Shown here: positions 1-6,714 of the stretch, one piece after another
How the letters are laid out: each line of letters opens with the position of its first letter
Numbering within the stretch: the first letter of the stretch is position 1
UHGV virus genome: UHGV-1356891
Direction: 5' to 3' (one strand)
DNA length: 46,115 nucleotides
Source of the DNA: a virus
Notes under the pieces: model-generated
Databases searched by the model: none
Seen by the model: only the letters and a program-made list of their open reading frames with translations
What the model was told of the DNA's origin: nothing
Position numbers and translations under genes: made by a program

Positions 1-32
1 ACGGGTCCGATTCCCGTCAGCAGCTTTTCCTT

Positions 33-78
33 AAAACCTTGTAGACACGTAGAAAACAACGTATTTGCAAGGTTTTTT
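33..78. terminator. Bidirectional rho-independent terminator: 9-bp stem AAAACCTTG/CAAGGTTTT with an A-tract on one side and a T-tract on the other
   Basis: Perfect inverted repeat at 33-41 and 68-76 followed by TTTTTT at 73-78. Separates the upstream host sequence from the prophage left end. Confidence 0.5.
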
Positions 79-141
79 CATGTTTTTAAATAGCACTTCC
101 TCTATCTTACACGGAGGAAGTTATTATAATATTTAAGATAT

Positions 142-162
142 ATGCAACACGATGCAACACGG
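142..162. repeat. attL: attL core, the left copy of the direct repeat flanking the prophage (ATGCAACACG ATGCAACACGG)
   Basis: The same sequence recurs at 46061-46083 with a 2-nt AA insertion. It lies next to the integrase gene on the minus strand. Confidence 0.65.
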
Positions 163-177
163 AAAATATGCTATTTA

Positions 178-1269
178 TTACATGCTGTTTAATTTTTCAA
201 AGTGCTTATTGATTTTTTTGTTCTGCCGGACAGATTCCAGGTCAATCACATTTCTGTAGACAGCTTTCATAATATTGTCACTGGCCCATCCCCCCCGCTG
301 CAATATATATTGGTCCGGTACACCTATGGCGTGCATAATAGATGCAGCATAATGCCGTAGGTCATGGAAACGAAAATGCGGTACATCAATCTTTTTAAGC
401 ACCCGCCCAAATCTATGTGTGATATAATCCGGGTTCATGTCAACTAATTTCCCTTTTTTACCCGATATCCGGTCAATTACAAAGGCTGGCATTTCTACGT
501 CCCGTGTGCTGTCATCCGTCTTTGGCTGTTTGATATACCATTGATTGTCTGGCCCCTTTACCATATTGTCTCTTACGTGGATTATCCTTCCATCCACGTT
601 TTTATCAGTTAGGGCACTTATTTCTCCGCGCCTGAGTGGTCCAAAGGCTGCTAGTAAAACAGCTATTTCTAAATCAGTACCTTTGATTGTCTCCAGCAGC
701 TTTTTAATATCATTGTCATTGGGGCAATATAATTCAGGACGTTTTTTCTGAGGCAGTTTAACTTTTAGAGTTAAATCCGGTGCAAACATCTCCAGGGATG
801 CAGATAATAGGCCATAGGCATTTCGGACTGTCTTTGGAGAGAGTTGTTTTGAAGCCAAATCACTTACCCATATCTGTACAGATGGATTAGTTAGCTCTGA
901 AAGCCGTTTACGCCCAAATGCGCCGCTGAAATACTGTCTTTGCAATCCAGTATACCCTCTGAGCGTAGAAGGGCTTAAAACACCTTTCTTGACGCTCAAA
1001 TAACGCTCGATAGCTTGGCTCACTGTTATATCTTCTTCCCCGTCCTCTTCCGGGTCATTGTATTGTTCTATAGGTTTATTTTTCATGTCTAATTTCCATC
1101 TGGTAGCCATCTCCTTTGCCTCTTTACGTGATGGGGCAACAAAGCTTTTGTAATGCCTCTTACCTTTATCGTCTGTATACAGATACACTTGCACTCGGAC
1201 ATTTCCAGACGGCAGTACTCCTTTTTTTCTTTTCGGGGCTTTTGTAGTCATTTTTCTTTCCTCCTTCAA
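178..1269 (-). CDS. int: Phage tyrosine integrase (site-specific recombinase)
   Basis: C-terminal catalytic region HDLRHYAASIMHAIGVPDQYILQRGGWASDNIMKAVYRNV carries the R..HxxR..Y motifs. The gene sits next to attL at the prophage end. Confidence 0.9.
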   Translation of the reverse strand: MKEERKMTTKAPKRKKGVLPSGNVRVQVYLYTDDKGKRHYKSFVAPSRKEAKEMATRWKLDMKNKPIEQYNDPEEDGEEDITVSQAIERYLSVKKGVLSPSTLRGYTGLQRQYFSGAFGRKRLSELTNPSVQIWVSDLASKQLSPKTVRNAYGLLSASLEMFAPDLTLKVKLPQKKRPELYCPNDNDIKKLLETIKGTDLEIAVLLAAFGPLRRGEISALTDKNVDGRIIHVRDNMVKGPDNQWYIKQPKTDDSTRDVEMPAFVIDRISGKKGKLVDMNPDYITHRFGRVLKKIDVPHFRFHDLRHYAASIMHAIGVPDQYILQRGGWASDNIMKAVYRNVIDLESVRQNKKINKHFEKLNSM

Positions 1270-1419
1270 TTGATTTCCCTAAAATGGGTATAAAAAATAC
1301 AGCTCCGCAAATATCTTGCAAAGCCGCCCCGAAGATGGTACAATATAGGTGCGAATTATAGTGCATATCTTCGGGTATGTGGGCCGGTTCCTGTTGGCGC
1401 AGGGGCCGGTTTTGTTTTA

Positions 1420-1947
1420 TTATATACCTTGAAACATCTGTTGTACTTGGTCTAATGCATTGTTCATTTCTGCTACAGCATTTTTATATGCCATATATCT
1501 CCAATAAATAATTAAAGCATAAATGGATATAACCATCACTGTAAAAATTATTCTGTCAGCCAAAGAACGTTTTTTATAACACCATAGTAATGCAATTCCA
1601 AAGGGAGCAAAACAAAAAAATGTGAGCAATCCTATAAAGATATTTTTTTTATAAAATGGGTCTTGATTAGAATCATGTTCTATGATGTCTAAATTAGGAC
1701 ATTTTTCTTGAATATAATCAATTGCTCGCTGCATTGGCTCATTACTTTTTTTGGAAAATGTAAAGCGTTTCATTTTTCCATATTGGAGGTAGAAATCTAT
1801 GTATCCACCTTCTGTGGCAGAACGAAATTCATATTCGATTTTTGATATATCATCATATTTTATTTTAGTTTTATTTCCAATAATATCGATAATATTTATT
1901 TCTTTTTTACCAACATAGAGTTTTCCCCAATCACCTTTTATACTCAT
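1420..1947 (-). CDS. Membrane protein: cytoplasmic N-terminal bacterial-PH-like domain plus two C-terminal TM helices. Candidate superinfection-exclusion or abortive-infection protein.
   Basis: N-terminus GKLYVGKKEINIIDIIGNKTKIKYDDISKIEYEF resembles the bPH (DUF304/YdbT-like) fold. Two hydrophobic helices follow (IFIGLLTFFCFAPFGIALLWCY and IIFTVMVISIYALIIYW). The gene lies in the lysogeny accessory slot between int and immA. Confidence 0.4.
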   Translation of the reverse strand: MSIKGDWGKLYVGKKEINIIDIIGNKTKIKYDDISKIEYEFRSATEGGYIDFYLQYGKMKRFTFSKKSNEPMQRAIDYIQEKCPNLDIIEHDSNQDPFYKKNIFIGLLTFFCFAPFGIALLWCYKKRSLADRIIFTVMVISIYALIIYWRYMAYKNAVAEMNNALDQVQQMFQGI

Positions 1948-2010
1948 AAAAAACCACCAGCCTTGTTATTGATGTTTTATATAATGATATTGGATTGTAT
2001 ACATAAGCTA

Positions 2011-2460
2011 TCACCATTCTTTAAAATCAAAGAGCTTTTCTTTGTATCCTGTTAGACTAGCAAGCTGTTCTTTGTTTAATCCTGGATTTTCAATGATAAT
2101 TTTATCTGATATTAATAGCTCAGCAGCAAATATATTGGCCTCTTTCTCCGGTTTAGCAAGATTAAATAAAGTACCACCAAAAAACATGCATTCACTTCCT
2201 TTATGTAATATTCCATGACCAACTTCGTGAGCTAAGACTATATCAATGTATTTTTTATCTGTTATTCTCGAATTAATACATATGCATGGTACTCCTTCAT
2301 ACTCGATGTAGTAACCTGAATATTTCCCCAAGTCATTCTTTTGTATAATCATGTCTAAATAGTCTGCAATTTCAAATGGATTTCTGGTATTGTATTTTTC
2401 GACCAGTTTCAAAACGGTATCTTTAATAATCTCCAAATTGCTACTCTCCAAAGCCATCAT
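2011..2460 (-). CDS. immA: ImmA/IrrE-family Zn metallopeptidase (anti-repressor peptidase)
   Basis: HEVGHGILH (HExxH) motif. Size and position immediately downstream of the XRE repressor are typical of ImmR/ImmA pairs. Confidence 0.8.
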   Translation of the reverse strand: MMALESSNLEIIKDTVLKLVEKYNTRNPFEIADYLDMIIQKNDLGKYSGYYIEYEGVPCICINSRITDKKYIDIVLAHEVGHGILHKGSECMFFGGTLFNLAKPEKEANIFAAELLISDKIIIENPGLNKEQLASLTGYKEKLFDFKEW

Positions 2461-2863
2461 GCTTTTTTTTGATAATAGCTGCCCTGCAAAGTGATAATAG
2501 CGAGTCTCTTAATAATTTGTCCTCATCTTCATCCCCTGAATAATCCTCTCCATTAAACCTCAGGACAACTGTTTCTTTGTTCCTTATGCGGTCCATAATT
2601 TTGTCAACATCAGTAATAACATTAAGCTCTTCTGATTCAGAAAGAGTGGGCTTCTTTGCTTCTGGGGATTCCTCCTTCCCATTCATTAAGTAATCAACAG
2701 TTACTCCAAAGAAATCAGCAAGTTTTTGCAATCTCTCCGGTGTAGGAGTGCTGTTTTTCCATTTAGAAACAGAACCATTAGAAAAACCCAGCTCCTTTTC
2801 TAGTTTTCCTTGCGAAAGCCCAGTGGATTTTCTTAAGCTTTCAATCCGCTCATATACGGTCAT
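2441..2863 (-). CDS. XRE-family HTH repressor (cI/ImmR-like). Start trimmed to the internal ATG that has an RBS.
   Basis: MTVYERIESLRKSTGLSQGKLEKELGFSNGSVSKWKNS is a classic HTH_XRE. Reverse complement of 2864-2875 gives GAAAGGAGTTAT ahead of the ATG at 2863-2861. The longer track ORF (to 3040) has no RBS and would run through the promoter region. Confidence 0.8.
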   Translation of the reverse strand: MTVYERIESLRKSTGLSQGKLEKELGFSNGSVSKWKNSTPTPERLQKLADFFGVTVDYLMNGKEESPEAKKPTLSESEELNVITDVDKIMDRIRNKETVVLRFNGEDYSGDEDEDKLLRDSLLSLCRAAIIKKKHDGFGE

Positions 2864-2906
2864 ATAACTCCTTTCTAATCCACAGAAAAAATTCTGCAAA
2901 AAAAGC

Positions 2907-2934
2907 TTGACAATTAGAAAGAGTTCTGTATAAT
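2907..2934 (+). promoter_or_regulatory. Sigma-70-like promoter pointing toward cro: TTGACA at 2907-2912, 16-nt spacer, TATAAT at 2929-2934
   Basis: Perfect -35 and -10 hexamers inside the divergent repressor/cro intergenic region. Confidence 0.55.
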
Positions 2935-3011
2935 AGAGATATAGATACAGAAAACTTTCGGTAAAACTTAACGGGTACAGATATTTTTCTAATAAATTGT
3001 GTGGTAACTTT

Positions 3012-3040
3012 ATATTAGAATACTTTCTATGTTTTGTCAA
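3012..3040 (-). promoter_or_regulatory. Candidate minus-strand promoter for the repressor operon: -35 TTGACA (plus coordinates 3035-3040), 17-nt spacer, -10 TAATAT (plus 3012-3017)
   Basis: Reverse complement reads TTGACA, then 17 nt, then TAATAT. It faces the + strand promoter, the usual divergent arrangement of a genetic switch. Confidence 0.4.
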
Positions 3041-3082
3041 GAGTTTTGCTGAACATTTTCTAAAAGAAGAGAGGGTGATAAA

Positions 3083-3265
3083 TTGATTTATGACAAAATT
3101 AAAGAAATATGCGAAGAAAGAGGTTTGAGTGTTAGGTCAATTGAAATCGAAGCTGGATTAAAGAATGGAGCTATTAGCAAATGGAATGATTCAAGCCCAA
3201 CTGTAAAAAGCCTTAAAGCGGTTGCGGATGTTTTAAAAGTCAAAGTGGACAAGCTTATTTCTTAG
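3083..3265 (+). CDS. cro: Cro-like XRE HTH regulator (TTG start)
   Basis: 60 aa. ERGLSVRSIEIEAGLKNGAISKWNDSSPTVKSLKAVADVL is an HTH_XRE. RBS AGAGGGTGA. Divergent from the repressor gene. Confidence 0.75.
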   Translation: MIYDKIKEICEERGLSVRSIEIEAGLKNGAISKWNDSSPTVKSLKAVADVLKVKVDKLIS

Positions 3266-3281
3266 AGTAGGAGGTGAGGTC

Positions 3282-3707
3282 ATGAAAGCTGCATGGAATA
3301 TTAATGGAATTTTTAAAGCAGATGCCGAAAAAGTTTCGGATGAATTATCAGCAATTAAGTGTACACCATCCAATGTAGTAGAACATGCCAGGAATCCAAA
3401 AACAGAATTACATAAATGTTTTGAATGGAATGATTCTATAGCAGGGGAAAAATACAGAGAACATCAGGCACAACAAGTAATACGTAATCTTGTAATCATT
3501 AAAGAAGAAACCGAAGAAAAAACACCCATAAGGTTATTTTACAATACCGGAGATAGGACAGGAGAATATAAGCCCGTACAACTGGTAATGAGGAAAGAAG
3601 ATGAATATAAGAATTTGTTAAATAAAGCACAGGAAGAATTAAGGGCATTCAAAAAGAAATATAGCTATTTGACTGAGTTAGAAGAAATTCTTTCCTTAAT
3701 TAGCTAA
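3282..3707 (+). CDS. Hypothetical early protein, co-transcribed with cro
   Basis: 141-aa ORF with a strong RBS (AGGAGGTGAGGTCATG). No recognisable motif. Confidence 0.5.
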   Translation: MKAAWNINGIFKADAEKVSDELSAIKCTPSNVVEHARNPKTELHKCFEWNDSIAGEKYREHQAQQVIRNLVIIKEETEEKTPIRLFYNTGDRTGEYKPVQLVMRKEDEYKNLLNKAQEELRAFKKKYSYLTELEEILSLIS

Positions 3708-3721
3708 TAGTAATAATTGGC

Positions 3722-3822
3722 CTGCTGAATTGACAATATATTGTTTTGTCATCAGCAGCAAAAGAAAATACAGAACATTGCAGAATAAAACATAAGATAA
3801 CAATATATTGCCAATTCAGCAG
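3722..3822. repeat. 24-bp inverted repeat CTGCTGAATTG(A/G)CAATATATTGTT at 3722-3745 and 3799-3822, plus a local 12-bp bulged hairpin at 3722-3759
   Basis: The reverse complement of 3799-3822 matches 3722-3745 with one mismatch. The proximal hairpin pairs CTGCTGA/TCAGCAG and TGACA/TGTCA. Confidence 0.6.
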
Positions 3823-3945
3823 ACCAACAAGCATTATAATTTTTCTGACCGTATACATATTGGAATTAACCAATAAAAAATTAGAACGATGCAATACAGC
3901 AAAATAAATAACATCTCAGAATATCAAATTACAATACAGAATATT

Positions 3946-3971
3946 AAATATTGGATTTAATTCCAATATTT
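3946..3971. promoter_or_regulatory. Perfect operator-like palindrome AAATATTGGA-TTTAAT-TCCAATATTT just upstream of the RBS of the Cas6-like gene
   Basis: 10-bp arms are exact reverse complements with a 6-bp spacer. An additional AATATT repeat lies upstream (CAGAATATTAAATATTGG). Confidence 0.55.
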
Positions 3972-3995
3972 ATGCGGTCAGATATAGGAGGAGAC

Positions 3996-4673
3996 ATGAA
4001 CAAAAAGGAAGAAAGTATTATAACCTTAGAGCCTATTAAAAAGTGCAAAGTTAAGATAGCTTTAGTAGGAGATTCTGATTTGATTTTGAACAAGAAAGCA
4101 AGGTCATATGAAGAATTGGAAATATTTAAGCAATCACATCCAAAGGGAACAAAAATTCCTAAGGAGTTGCAGCAACCTTATAACCTTTTTGAAAAATTAA
4201 TTACTTCTATTACATGGGAAAATAAAATTCCGGTGTATGATGATTATTCCATGTACACAAAAGAAATGTGGGAAGAATTAATTTATTCAAACCGTCCGTG
4301 TATTTTATCAAAAGCATTTAAGGATTCTTTTATGGAAGCGTTTATTTCTTTAGGCTATAAAGAAGCCACAAGTAGGAATGGTACAGACTTTAAACGTTCT
4401 GTCAATATTTCCAATTGGAAGAATCCAGTGGATATTACATCAGCTACATTCAGTCAGCATTTGACTCCAAACACAGGAATCACAAAAACCAATGTTATTG
4501 CTCAATATAATGTTTTTTCTGGATGGAAATGTGAAATTGAAATATCCCACATTGATTATATATTCGCAACAGATACAGTACTTGAAATTATAAACAATGC
4601 TGGTGAGTTTATTGGAATAGGAACACGCAGAGCAGAGGGATTTGGCAGATATCATGTTGAATCAATAAATTAA
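3996..4673 (+). CDS. RAMP/Cas6-like protein with a C-terminal glycine-rich loop. Stand-alone, with no CRISPR array in the window.
   Basis: C-terminus EFIGIGTRRAEGFGRYHV fits the RAMP G-rich loop G-h-G-x5-G-F-G-R exactly. About 225 aa from the ATG at 3996 with RBS AGGAGGAGACATG, a Cas6-like length. The N-terminus has alternating-hydrophobic beta-strand character (KVKIALVGDSDLIL). The track start at 3951 lies inside the palindrome and lacks an RBS. Confidence 0.4.
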   Translation: MNKKEESIITLEPIKKCKVKIALVGDSDLILNKKARSYEELEIFKQSHPKGTKIPKELQQPYNLFEKLITSITWENKIPVYDDYSMYTKEMWEELIYSNRPCILSKAFKDSFMEAFISLGYKEATSRNGTDFKRSVNISNWKNPVDITSATFSQHLTPNTGITKTNVIAQYNVFSGWKCEIEISHIDYIFATDTVLEIINNAGEFIGIGTRRAEGFGRYHVESIN

Positions 4674-4737
4674 ATGCCCCGGCGGTGCTACGAACACCAA
4701 CCGGAGCCGTAACCACATTAACCACACTAATGCGGAT

Positions 4738-4784
4738 ACAGGAATATTTTACCATTTTCTCCTGTATTACGCAAGCACAGGAGG
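4738..4784 (+). promoter_or_regulatory. Three-segment alternative hairpin: ACAGGAA at 4738-4744, TCTCCTGT at 4758-4765, ACAGGAGG at 4777-4784. The middle segment can pair with either flank. Pairing with the 3' segment sequesters the RBS of the downstream gene.
   Basis: The reverse complement of CTCCTGT is ACAGGAG. It occurs both upstream and, overlapping the GGAGG RBS, downstream, ahead of the ATG at 4794. Confidence 0.4.
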
Positions 4785-4793
4785 AAAATATTT

Positions 4794-5060
4794 ATGAACA
4801 TTGAAAACCAGAAGGACAAGCCAACATGGGAAGGGCTGGAGCAGTATTTTGCTGTAGAGGTAATCGAGCAGAGCAAGAGGAATGCAAAGCATTGGTTTAT
4901 AGCGTTCCTGGTAACACTGGCGGCGCTGATAGGCACCAATGCTGCATGGCTTTATACCGCGGGTACATATGACTATGTTTCCCAGGATGGCACTGGACTG
5001 AACAACATCAACACAGGAACACAAGGAGATTTAGAGAATGGGACAGAGAGCCAGGATTAA
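4794..5060 (+). CDS. Small single-pass membrane protein
   Basis: 88 aa with one TM segment (WFIAFLVTLAALIGTNAAWLY). RBS AGGAGGAAAATATTTATG. Confidence 0.5.
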   Translation: MNIENQKDKPTWEGLEQYFAVEVIEQSKRNAKHWFIAFLVTLAALIGTNAAWLYTAGTYDYVSQDGTGLNNINTGTQGDLENGTESQD

Positions 5061-5109
5061 GAAGAACGGCAAGAGCCGGGGAATCAAGAGGAAGAGAAGG
5101 AGATAAACG

Positions 5110-5208
5110 ATGTACATTAATCCATTTTTAGCAGGAGTTGTTTGCACTGTTTTTGCAGAGATACTAATAATTATAGCAATAGCGTTTTACCAGTATTTTA
5201 AGAGTTAA
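5110..5208 (+). CDS. 32-aa hydrophobic peptide (MYINPFLAGVVCTVFAEILIIIAIAFYQYFKS)
   Basis: RBS GAAGGAGATAAACGATG and an open frame of 33 codons. Single TM helix. Not in the ORF track because it is under 60 aa. Confidence 0.45.
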   Translation: MYINPFLAGVVCTVFAEILIIIAIAFYQYFKS

Positions 5209-5209
5209 T

Positions 5210-5299
5210 GGCGGTGTGTGGCACACAGGTCCAGGTTCGATTCCTGGCATAACCATGGTGGAAAGTAAGAGGGTGCCGGTTCGACTCCGGCCGCCGCCA
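5210..5299 (+). tRNA. tRNA-like element of about 90 nt. It has a 7-bp acceptor pairing and two T-arm-like hairpins. Possibly a type-II tRNA-Ser(CGA)-like gene, or a degenerate or unusual tRNA.
   Basis: Acceptor 5' strand GGCGGTG at 5210-5216 pairs with CGCCGCC at 5292-5298, with one G-U pair. T arm is GCCGG-TTCGACT-CCGGC at 5275-5291. A second hairpin CCAGG-TTCGATT-CCTGG at 5231-5247 could serve as an anticodon arm with anticodon CGA. The D-arm and variable-arm fold could not be resolved cleanly by hand. Confidence 0.35.
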
Positions 5300-5327
5300 A
5301 CTTTAAAATTTTCAGAAGGAGATAAAA

Positions 5328-5729
5328 ATGGAACGATTAACAAAGGTTGATGACCAAGGCAGACTGTTGGCTTATTCCATAAGCGATACTGGATTGCCTA
5401 CAATTGTCATGAAGGGTAATCCATACCGCGAATTAATCGAGAGATTGAAAGCCTATGAGGATACCGGCCTGACGCCGGAGGAGATTCTGGGCAGAAAGAT
5501 GCTGGCCGGTTGGATTCCGGTGGAGGAGCGGTTGCCAAAGCGAAAAGAGTGGATAGTGACCGATGGCGAAGAACATTACCTTCGGAGATTAGAAGTCGCT
5601 GTAGCGAGTGATACTCTTGAATACTTTTTTGTATCCTATGATGGATATAAATGGTTTGATAAGTTTGGACGTACTTACGGAAATGTTGTAGCATGGAAAA
5701 TCCATGAGCCATTAAATCCACAAAACTGA
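5328..5729 (+). CDS. DUF551-like phage protein
   Basis: WIPVEERLPKRKEWIVTDGEEH motif typical of DUF551. C-terminal EPLNPQN tail shared with the 13086 ORF. Confidence 0.5.
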   Translation: MERLTKVDDQGRLLAYSISDTGLPTIVMKGNPYRELIERLKAYEDTGLTPEEILGRKMLAGWIPVEERLPKRKEWIVTDGEEHYLRRLEVAVASDTLEYFFVSYDGYKWFDKFGRTYGNVVAWKIHEPLNPQN

Positions 5730-5747
5730 AATTAAGGAGGAAGTAGA

Positions 5748-5975
5748 GTGAAATCTAAGAAGCCGTCAGAATGGCAAAAGGACAGTATCCGGTTGCTGAT
5801 AGAAGAAGCCAAAATAAGAAATAACTTTGATGATAATGAGCTGGCCTTGTATTTGGGTTTTTGTACAAGCTCGTTTAGAGAGCGTAAAGCCAACCCTCAA
5901 AAACTGACAATAGAAAAATTACAGATACTTCTGCAATTGACCGGGAAGGAGATGAAATTTGTTGAAACAGCTTGA
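5748..5975 (+). CDS. Small hypothetical protein, possibly an HTH
   Basis: 75-aa ORF with RBS AGGAGGAAGTAGAGTG. Confidence 0.4.
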   Translation: MKSKKPSEWQKDSIRLLIEEAKIRNNFDDNELALYLGFCTSSFRERKANPQKLTIEKLQILLQLTGKEMKFVETA

Positions 5976-6252
5976 ATACATACCTGTTGGAAAAACACAC
6001 TTAAGCCCCCGTCAGAAAGACCGGATGATTATTCGCGGTTTAACCGCTGCGGTGATGGTCTTAAGCGGATTGCTGGTGATATGCATGGCGGTGATATTAT
6101 GAGCCGCCGCCGGAATGGCACCAACCGGGCCGGGGCAATGATAAATGCCAGTCGGTACACCGGATATGGTAAGCCAATAAAAAAGGTCGTCAGCTTGACA
6201 GAGCTAAACGACCGGATACAAAAAATAACTCAGCCTGATTATATCAGAGATT

Positions 6253-6447
6253 ATGGAGGTTTGCAAGATGGAAGAAAGAACAGTTGAAATAAGTATTAAC
6301 GAGTATAAAAATCTTATAGAGCTTAAAGGGCGTGTAAAGTCAGCGTTGATTTTTATAGATGCGGACCAGTATGCATCAATGGATGTGATGAGGTCAATTT
6401 TGGAAGGAAGAACATACGAGAATATAGATGGTAAAAAGGATGAATAA
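6253..6447 (+). CDS. Hypothetical small protein
   Basis: 64-aa ORF with an ATGA overlap to the next small gene. Confidence 0.35.
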   Translation: MEVCKMEERTVEISINEYKNLIELKGRVKSALIFIDADQYASMDVMRSILEGRTYENIDGKKDE

Positions 6448-6589
6448 TTACCGTTGTGATTCTTGTGGATGTTTTCTTGACCCGGAACATTGGAAAGAAT
6501 GTGATAAATGCAGGGGGAAGGACAGAGAACGTCATAAACAGCATTATAAGGAGATTATAAAACATGAATCTGGAACACAAGACGATTGA
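6440..6589 (+). CDS. 49-aa Cys-rich Zn-ribbon-like peptide (MNNYRCDSCGCFLDPEHWKECDKCRGKD...)
   Basis: Hand-translated. Carries a CxxC...CxxC arrangement. Confidence 0.35.
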   Translation: MNNYRCDSCGCFLDPEHWKECDKCRGKDRERHKQHYKEIIKHESGTQDD

Positions 6590-6714
6590 TGGTACTGCAA
6601 TGGTATCTTATCTCCGGGATAGACAGTCGCTCTTGCCTATTGGAAGTGTTGCAAGAAAGGAGCTTGAAATGGCTGTCATCTATATAGTTGGAACGCTCAT
6701 GAAGGAGGGCAAAG

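Noticed and set aside
1-24. Possible 3' end of a tRNA or tmRNA gene (T-arm-like ACGGG-TCCGATT-CCCGT plus 7-nt acceptor strand) at the window edge
   Set aside because: Only a fragment is visible. The T-loop is non-canonical (TCCGATT), there is no CCA, and there is no 5' half to pair with. Kept only as context for the att site.
2864-3040. N-terminal 59-aa extension of the repressor ORF (track 2441-3040)
   Set aside because: The extension is low-complexity (LYLYLYYTELFL), runs through the promoter region, and lacks an RBS. The internal ATG at 2863 has a canonical RBS and starts exactly at the HTH domain.
3951-3995. Longer start (MDLIPIFMRSDIGGD...) for the Cas6-like ORF as given in the ORF track
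   Set aside because: This ATG lies inside the perfect operator palindrome and has no RBS. The ATG at 3996 follows AGGAGGAGAC.
4727-5024. Minus-strand ORFs (70-85 aa) overlapping the 4794 + strand gene
   Set aside because: Cys/Ser-rich reverse-frame artefacts without an RBS. The + strand gene has a strong RBS and a TM helix.
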